Positions 57,894 to 64,000 of a stretch of 64,000 nucleotides of DNA are shown piece after piece. The stretch spans positions 52,528-116,527 of the forward strand of contig JACPYM010000059.1 of NCBI GenBank assembly GCA_016196035.1, given 5' to 3'. Positions within the stretch are counted from its first letter, which is position 1. Every line of letters begins with the position of its first letter. The notes below the pieces were generated by a model that saw only the letters and a program-made list of their open reading frames with translations, was not told the origin of the DNA and searched no databases. This DNA is from Acidobacteriota bacterium. Its GTDB lineage: Bacteria; Acidobacteriota; Blastocatellia; RBC074. Both the position numbers and the translations under genes were made by a program.

Positions 57894-58499
57894 TCACTTT
57901 GGCTGCAACTCGGCTTGTCGCAGCCAATCTTTCACCTGCTTCAAGGCCTGGCCGCGATGGCTGAGGGCGGCTTTTTCCGCGCGCGTGAGTTCGGCGAATG
58001 TGCGCTTGGATGACGGTTCGATGAAAACTGGGTCGTAGCCGAAGCCGTTTGTCCCGCGTGGTGCGTCGGCGATTACGCCTGCGCAGGCGCCGGTAAAGGT
58101 TTCGCGCACGCCCGGCCCCGTCAATGCGATCACACAAACGAAACGCGCAGTGCGTTGATCCGCAGGCACGTCGCGTAATTCTTCCAACAGCTTGGCCACT
58201 TTCGCGGCATCGCCTGCGCCCGCACCGGCATAACGCGCCGAGTACACGCCGGGGCGTCCGCCTAAAGCGTCCACTTCCAAGCCAGAATCATCCGCCAGCG
58301 TCAGCCAGCCGGTTTGCGCGTGATAATACTCCGCCTTGAGCATGGCGTTGGCGGCGAAGGTCTCACCGGTCTCTTCGACATCGGGTAAAGGCTGCGGCAG
58401 GTCAGCGAGGCCGAGCACTTCGTAATTTAAGTCAGTCAGCAGGGCCATAATCTCGGCCACTTTGCCGGCATTGGTGGTGGCGATGAGTAATTTGGTCAT
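57894..58499 (-). CDS. rdgB: Non-canonical purine NTP pyrophosphatase (RdgB/HAM1)
   Basis: 'LLIATTNAGKVAEI', 'EETGETFAANA', 'FGYDPVF' family motifs. Confidence 0.85.
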   Translation of the reverse strand: MTKLLIATTNAGKVAEIMALLTDLNYEVLGLADLPQPLPDVEETGETFAANAMLKAEYYHAQTGWLTLADDSGLEVDALGGRPGVYSARYAGAGAGDAAKVAKLLEELRDVPADQRTARFVCVIALTGPGVRETFTGACAGVIADAPRGTNGFGYDPVFIEPSSKRTFAELTRAEKAALSHRGQALKQVKDWLRQAELQPK

Positions 58500-58541
58500 T
58501 GAGCGATTCAACGTTGCGACCGGGGGTAGGACGTCTGAAAT

Positions 58542-59342
58542 TTAGAAGGCGCTGGTGACGTCGTCGCCGATGCGCGCGATGGCGACGGTAATGTTGTCGT
58601 GGCCGCCCCGCTGTTTGGCCAAGGCGACCAGGGTGTGACAAGCCTGTTTGGCAGGGGCGTTGAGCACAATGCTGAAAAGCTCTTCATCGTGCACCAGACT
58701 GCTCAAGCCATCGGAGCAGAGCAGGAACGAATCGCCTTCGATCAGTTTGAGGGGATCGGGCCGCACTTCCGGGCGGACGATTTCGCGCGGGCCGAGGGCG
58801 CGTTCGATGCGGCTGCGGTCAGGATGCGTGAGCGCTTCTTCTTCGCTGATGAGGCCGCCATCCACCAGGCGCTGGACGTGGGAATGATCGCGGGTGCACC
58901 GCACGATCTTGCTGGGCGAAACGTGGTAAATGCGGCTGTCGCCGACGTGCGCCAGCCAGGCTTGGTCGTGCAGCAAAGCCAGCACGACGCAGGTCGCGCC
59001 CATCCCGCGACAATTCGGCACGCCGGGCAGACTGTTGCCGGTGACGCTATCCAAGCCAAAATGCGCTTCGCTCCAGATGCGGTGATTGGCGGCAATCATG
59101 GCGCGGTTGAGGCGTTGCGTGACGGCCAGCGTGCCGCTGGCGTGATCGAAGAAATTTTCGGCAATTGTCTTGACGGCCAACTGGCTGGCGCGGCTGCCAC
59201 ACGCTGCCCCGCCCATGCCGTCAGCGACGATAAGCAAGTGGGTGTCGCTGCGTTCATCGTAAACGCATTCGACCGAATCCTGATTTTCTTTGCGCTCGAG
59301 TCCGATGTCGGTCAAGTGAGCAGTGATCACCTGGTGGCGCAT
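58542..59342 (-). CDS. PP2C-family Ser/Thr protein phosphatase
   Basis: 'TDIGLERKENQDS', 'VADGMGG', 'DGLS' PP2C motifs. Confidence 0.85.
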   Translation of the reverse strand: MRHQVITAHLTDIGLERKENQDSVECVYDERSDTHLLIVADGMGGAACGSRASQLAVKTIAENFFDHASGTLAVTQRLNRAMIAANHRIWSEAHFGLDSVTGNSLPGVPNCRGMGATCVVLALLHDQAWLAHVGDSRIYHVSPSKIVRCTRDHSHVQRLVDGGLISEEEALTHPDRSRIERALGPREIVRPEVRPDPLKLIEGDSFLLCSDGLSSLVHDEELFSIVLNAPAKQACHTLVALAKQRGGHDNITVAIARIGDDVTSAF

Positions 59343-59455
59343 ATGACGCGTTGAAAAGCCACGTCTGTTCGTAGGCTTAATTGGTGTGTAGCAGGTGTCT
59401 GTGGTTTGCGTTCACGCCCGTCTCCGGACGTGAACGCCGGTCTCGAAATAAGCAG

Positions 59456-60436
59456 TTAGCCCTGTTGGGCGGCCACGTAGGTAAACGTCGTATTGCCCAC
59501 GCGGACTTGATCGTAGTTCTGTAAAGGATGCGCTTCGGTAATTTCTTTGCCATTGACGAAAGTGCCGTTGCGCGAGAGGTCGTCTTTGATCAAACAGCGG
59601 CCATCGCGGAACACCAGGATCGCGTGTGAACCGCTCACGGTTTCATCCTCGACCACGATGTCACAGGCCGGATTCGCGCCCAAGCGGTTATAACCGGCGC
59701 GCAATTTGTAATCTTCGCCATCCGGGTTGCGGCCATAATTGACCAGCCAGCCGACCAGCTTGCCTTTGGAGCTGATGGCGCGTTTGACGTCTTCCGCCGC
59801 CATTACCGACGTATGTCGTCCGCCGCCCGGCGGCGCGCCCGCCGGCGGCAGATTGGCCCCAGGCATAGGCGGCGGCGCTAGCGGTGGCGGCGCGACTTGT
59901 GGCGGCGGCGGTTGTGGCGGCGGTGCGGGCGGATTGAACGGCGCATTCTCAATCTTCGTTTCAAACAGCGAAGGCGGCGGCGTATCACTTAACAATTCGG
60001 TGCCGGGCAGCGGGCTGCCGCTTGAAACCGGACGCATCTCGTTGCTTCCCGGAAGGCGGCCCAATAAATCATCTGTACGTCCGGGCGGCGCTTCAATGCG
60101 AGTGACAAACTCGGTTGGGATGGGCGACTCCATGCGCGTGGCCAAGTCGCCGGTGGGAAATGCTGGCGACTCAATGCGCGTCACGAAATCTCCGGCCTTG
60201 GGCGCTGGGGCCAGTTCGGGCGGTTCTTCAATCTGCGTTTCAAAACTGGGGTTGCTCAAACCCTCTGACCCCGGACAGTAGGGGCAGGTTTGATAGACTG
60301 CGCTGTAGATGTGTCCCTGCTCGCATTTCAAAAGAGAAGAGGTTGATTCCGAAGTACGCGGGAAGGGATTGCCGCAGTTGCCGCAAAATTTGGCGGTTTC
60401 CATATTTTGACTACGGCAGACAGGACAGATGGGCAT
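59456..60436 (-). CDS. FHA-domain protein with N-terminal double zinc-ribbon and Pro-rich/TRIESP-repeat linker
   Basis: 'CPVCRSQN..CGNCGNP' zinc ribbons; C-terminal FHA ('GSHAILVFRDGRCLIKDLSRNGTFVNG'). Confidence 0.8.
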   Translation of the reverse strand: MPICPVCRSQNMETAKFCGNCGNPFPRTSESTSSLLKCEQGHIYSAVYQTCPYCPGSEGLSNPSFETQIEEPPELAPAPKAGDFVTRIESPAFPTGDLATRMESPIPTEFVTRIEAPPGRTDDLLGRLPGSNEMRPVSSGSPLPGTELLSDTPPPSLFETKIENAPFNPPAPPPQPPPPQVAPPPLAPPPMPGANLPPAGAPPGGGRHTSVMAAEDVKRAISSKGKLVGWLVNYGRNPDGEDYKLRAGYNRLGANPACDIVVEDETVSGSHAILVFRDGRCLIKDDLSRNGTFVNGKEITEAHPLQNYDQVRVGNTTFTYVAAQQG

Positions 60437-60635
60437 AAGCGTTTCACCTCAACAAATGTTTTTGGACTCGATGTGTTCGTCAGAATGGAAGGCCATTGGC
60501 GTTGCGAATGATCCCGCACCACAACCAACCCATTCAACCTATAACATCACTGCATCGGCACGCCAACGCGCGCCATACTAGCACCACTATTGGCCAGAGG
60601 GAAGAATCGGCTGCGAACGCTGATGAACCGGGCAT

Positions 60636-61403
60636 TCAGCGTTTAATGAACAAGGAAACCGCCATCGCCAGGCCAATCACGATGACGCAACGGCGCACCG
60701 CCCGTTGCCCCATACGTTGTGCCAGACCTGCCGCGCCGTAGCCGCCGACGATGGCGCCCACTGCCATTAAAATCGCTTCGGGCCAATGAATAAGTCCGGC
60801 GTAGATGAAATACAGCGCCGCCACCAAATTGATCGTCCCGGCGAAAATGTTTTTCAGTCCGTTCATTTGATGGATGTTTTCCAGCCCCAAGACGCCCAGC
60901 ACCGCCAGTGTCAGGATGCCGATGCCCGCGCCGAAATAGCCACCGTAAATGCCGACCAGGAATTGATAAAACAACGCCCCCGCCATCCAATTGGGGGATT
61001 TATGAACTTCGTGCGTCTCGCCCAGGTGTAGCCAACGTTTGAGCGGGTCTTGCGCCATAAACAGCAAGGTGGCGAACAGAATCAGAAAGGGCACCAGCAC
61101 CTCGAAGGTTTTGGCGGGCGTTAGCTTGAGCAACACCGCCCCGACGATGCCGCCGATAAAACTGGGGATGAGCAAGACAAAAAAATGCTGCGGCGTGTCT
61201 TTCAATTCACCGCGATAGCCCCAGAGGCTGCTGAGCGCGCCCGGCGCGAGCGCCAGCGTATTGGTGGCATTGGCGGAAATTTGCGGATAACCCAGCCAAA
61301 CCAGCGCCGGGTAACTGACCAACGTGCCGCCACCCGCCACCGAATTGATCATCCCGGCCACCAACGCGGCGCTAAAGAGCAACGAGCCGTTCACGAAAGT
61401 CAT
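60636..61403 (-). CDS. TauE/SafE-family sulfite/anion exporter membrane protein
   Basis: 256 aa, duplicated 4-TM pattern with 'GGGT' / 'GAGIG' motifs. Confidence 0.7.
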   Translation of the reverse strand: MTFVNGSLLFSAALVAGMINSVAGGGTLVSYPALVWLGYPQISANATNTLALAPGALSSLWGYRGELKDTPQHFFVLLIPSFIGGIVGAVLLKLTPAKTFEVLVPFLILFATLLFMAQDPLKRWLHLGETHEVHKSPNWMAGALFYQFLVGIYGGYFGAGIGILTLAVLGVLGLENIHQMNGLKNIFAGTINLVAALYFIYAGLIHWPEAILMAVGAIVGGYGAAGLAQRMGQRAVRRCVIVIGLAMAVSLFIKR

Positions 61404-61525
61404 GCCCGCATCATCCACGGCAATGCCCAGTGTGGCAACGGCAGAGCCGCGCGCTACCCAAACAAAAATGCTTCCTCTATACTCCGCGCGTCGCAAACAG
61501 CACCACCCGTTGCAAGGAGGCATCC

Positions 61526-62424
61526 ATGTTCAACCGAATTTATCTGCGCACCACTTTCGCTGCATTCATCTGCGCGCTCGCTCTCGTCAGCATTCACGCC
61601 CAAGCGCCCGCCGTCGCCGACAAACAAGTCGAAGTCTTCGGACAAAAGATTCACTACGTCGAAGCCGGTTCTGGCCCGACCGTTATCTTGCTGCACGGGT
61701 TGGGCGGCGAGGTCAGCAACTGGGCCATGACCATTCCCGCCTTGTCCAAACAGTTTCACGTCATTGCCATTGATCAGATCGGCTTTGGCCAATCCGATAA
61801 GCCCTTGCTGAATTATCGCATCGGCACGATGGTGGATTTCCTGGCGGGGTTCTATAAACAAGCCGGGATTGCCAAAGCCACCCTGGTCGGCAATTCGCTG
61901 GGCGGCTGGATCGCGGCGGCTTTCGCGCTGGCCCATCCTGACAAAGTCGAAAAGTTGGTGCTGGTGGATGCGGCAGGTTATTCGCCCGCCCGCACTGGTG
62001 CGCCCAAACTGACGCGCGAGCAACTGGCCCCGCTCAACGCCGCGACGCTGGCCGAACTAAAACAGGTGATGAGCCTGGTGTTTTACAACAAAGCTCTGTT
62101 GACTGACGCCTTCATCGAAACGGCCTTTGCCGCCAAGTTGAGACGCGGTGATGGCTACACGATCAGCCAGTTCACCGAGATGGCCTTACGCGGCGACGAT
62201 ATGCTGGATGGCAAAACCAAAGCGATCAAGACGCCGACGCTGGTGGTGTGGGGGCCGCGAAGACGGGCTGACGCCGCTGGCAATTGGCGAGGCTTATGCC
62301 CAGGACATCGCCGGGGCGGAGAAAGTCATTCTGGACAAATGCGGGCACGTGCCGCAGCTCGAATGCGCGGCGGCTTTCAATACGGCGTTAGTGAAGTTTT
62401 TGAGCGCGTCAACATCCGGTAAGT
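61526..62424 (+). CDS. Secreted alpha/beta hydrolase; reading frame broken by apparent +1 frameshift in G5 run at 62250..62254
   Basis: 'GNSLGG' nucleophile elbow; C-terminal catalytic His segment '[10 protein letters not shown]' is in ORF 62148..62426 (+1 frame); frames join if one G is removed ('LVVWG|REDGL'). Confidence 0.7.
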
Positions 62425-62525
62425 AAAATTATCTCTCCCACGAAGCCACACGCAGAAACCGAGAGACGACTTTTTCTTCGTGCTCCTTCGTGCAACTTCG
62501 TGGGAGGTTCTCCGAAAGCTTGCGT

Positions 62526-63230
62526 ATGAAAACGACCCCACTCGCCAAACCTTCTCTCCCGGAATTGAGTCAACTCGCGCCCTTTCGTCAAGTGCCCGAA
62601 GAGCAATTGGCGCAGCTTGCCGAATTGATTTCCCGCAAGCAATTTCCCGCCAACACCCCGCTGATGATGGCCGAGCAAACGGGCGAGGTCGTCTATTTCA
62701 TTCTTGCTGGCACTGTCAAAATCCATCTCGAACAAGCCGATGGCAGCGAAGTCATCATCTCGATTTTGGGCCGGGGCGAAATTGTCGGCGAAATGAGCGC
62801 GCTGGGCATCGTCTACCGTTCGGCCAGCGTGCTGACGCTCGAAGCCTCGACCTTGCTCTGGTTGGATCGCGCGACCTTTCAACGTTGTCTGATGAACATG
62901 CCGATGCTGGCTTACAACCTGGCAGGCATTTTGTCGCTGCGCCTGCGCCACGCCAACGAAAAGATTCGCGCGCTGGCGACGCAATCCGTTGAAGCCCGGC
63001 TGGCCCAACAGGTGCTGCTCTTCGCCGATCAATACGGCCAAACCCAACCGAACGGCGACATTTACATTCCGCTGCGCCTGACCCAAAGCGATCTGGCCGC
63101 CATGACTGGCTGTTCGCGCGAGCACGTCAACAAAGTCATCGTCTCTTACAAAGAGCGCAACTACCTTTCGGTTGATCGCCACTACCATCTGACCGTGCAT
63201 AACCAAGCCGCCCTGGAACGCCGCGCCTGA
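62526..63230 (+). CDS. Crp/Fnr-family transcriptional regulator
   Basis: cNMP-binding-like beta-roll plus C-terminal HTH 'RLTQSDLAAMTGCSREHVNKVI'. Confidence 0.8.
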   Translation: MKTTPLAKPSLPELSQLAPFRQVPEEQLAQLAELISRKQFPANTPLMMAEQTGEVVYFILAGTVKIHLEQADGSEVIISILGRGEIVGEMSALGIVYRSASVLTLEASTLLWLDRATFQRCLMNMPMLAYNLAGILSLRLRHANEKIRALATQSVEARLAQQVLLFADQYGQTQPNGDIYIPLRLTQSDLAAMTGCSREHVNKVIVSYKERNYLSVDRHYHLTVHNQAALERRA

Positions 63231-63564
63231 TGTTCTTCGCTTGAAAAAAAAATAAAGGCGCAGACGCGCTGTCGAAGCCAAGCTCCAACATTGCGCCTGC
63301 GCCAAAGGGGGCCGAGGCAGAGAGGGTAGCAGAGAAGAACTTCACGTCACATTGACCTGAACTCTCGTGACCACGTGTGCAGAATAGCCGCGCTTCCTTC
63401 CTCAGGCTGCGACGCGGGTCACAACGCCCGCGTGATGTTTGTCACGGCGCTGGCAGTTGGAATGAAAGCGTTGCAATGAACGCTTGCCGGGCAAAGTTGA
63501 CGCATTGTTGTCACTGTCGTTAGGCTGCCACCGCAAATTCGCGCTTCACTCCAATTCCATTAGA

Positions 63565-63660
63565 TCGGTTTTCACTTCAGTGTGCGGGAAAGCTGCGCTG
63601 CGGTACCGCACCGGTGCCAACTGCTTTTGTAAACGCAATGGCAAACTGATCTAAGAAAGG
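63565..63660. repeat. Family B element, short deletion-derivative copy B3
   Basis: ttttcacttcagtgtgcgggaaagctgcgctgcggtaccgc ... ttgtaaacgcaatggcaaactgatctaag matches both B1 termini. Confidence 0.55.
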
Positions 63661-63667
63661 CATGTTT

Positions 63668-64000
63668 ATGAAAACCGTCGCTTTGCTCGTGACCCTGCTG
63701 GGCCTGTCAGTCTCGTCGTTCGCGCAATCGGTGAACCCGCCGCACAACTTGATGCCCGTGCCTGCCGCGTTGAAATTTCAGCCGGGGCGTCTGCCCGTCA
63801 CCGAACAATTCACCGTGGCCGTGCGCGGGCACAGCGATGCGCGCTTGCAAGCAGCGCTCGCGCGCATGATGGCGCGGTTGGGCGCGCGCACGGGTTTCAC
63901 CTTTACGCGCGGATTGGCGAGCGACGCTGACAAAGCGTCACTGATGATCGCCTGTCAGGGGCCGGGCAAGGCAATTCCCGCCGTGGACGAAGACGAAACG
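63668..64000 (+). CDS. Secreted protein, 3'-partial (possibly glycoside hydrolase N-domain)
   Basis: Signal peptide 'MKTVALLVTLLGLSVSSFAQS'; open to window end. Confidence 0.35.
   Translation, partial: MKTVALLVTLLGLSVSSFAQSVNPPHNLMPVPAALKFQPGRLPVTEQFTVAVRGHSDARLQAALARMMARLGARTGFTFTRGLASDADKASLMIACQGPGKAIPAVDEDET

Noticed and set aside
62409-63305. 298-aa minus-strand ORF
   Set aside because: Antisense to the Crp/Fnr regulator gene.
63231-63320. Rho-independent terminator after Crp/Fnr gene
   Set aside because: Only a weak 7-bp stem (GGCGCAG/CTGCGCC) with a long loop and no U-tract after the stem.

Overview
High-GC (about 60%) bacterial chromosomal window; the gene content (very large CarboxypepD_reg TonB-dependent transporters, PSCyt1/DUF1553 + DUF1501 pair, DUF1800) suggests an Acidobacteriota-like organism. 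Three themes stand out.

- **Glycan-utilisation locus (about 9.5-34 kb).** Two paralogous ~1300-aa TonB-dependent outer-membrane transporters, GH127-like, GH51 (alpha-L-arabinofuranosidase) and GH31 hydrolases, and GntR and AraC regulators. It is interrupted by a low-GC toxin-antitoxin/GIY-YIG islet.
- **Clade-II-type nitrous oxide reductase neighbourhood (about 34.9-50.3 kb).** Order: ric(ytfE)-nosY, an FGE/NirV-like protein, a GltD-like NAD(P)H FeS-flavoprotein with a C-terminal ferredoxin domain, Rieske, cytochrome b, pentaheme cytochrome c, nosZ (Sec/lipoprotein type), nosB-like, nosD, nosF, nosL, then an orphan RskA-like anti-sigma factor. nosY is displaced from the nosDFL block. The flavoprotein's coding region overlaps the Rieske gene. 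An identical 23-nt segment with a perfect TGACTTAAGTCA palindrome lies upstream of both ric and the flavoprotein gene (candidate shared operator).
- **Dense intergenic structured repeats.** At least three families of palindromic REP/MITE-like elements (A: CCTGGGTACGCAGCGCTTCCAGCGTGCAG arms, 5 copies; B: inverted GTGAGCAAGCGG arms with a 37-bp tandem expansion, 3 copies; C: ACGGAAATAACGGAA hairpins, 2 copies), a ~200-bp palindrome, and a heptamer-repeat hairpin between nosZ and nosB.

Also noted: two apparent +1 frameshifts, both in G5 homopolymers (a DUF1501 gene and an alpha/beta hydrolase gene), most simply sequencing artefacts; a 3x 15-bp in-frame tandem repeat at the 5' end of a hydrolase gene; several type II toxin-antitoxin pairs (VapBC x2, DUF433/DUF5615, MazEF-like); and a low-GC foreign-looking segment at the window start. 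No rRNA, tRNA or CRISPR features were seen.
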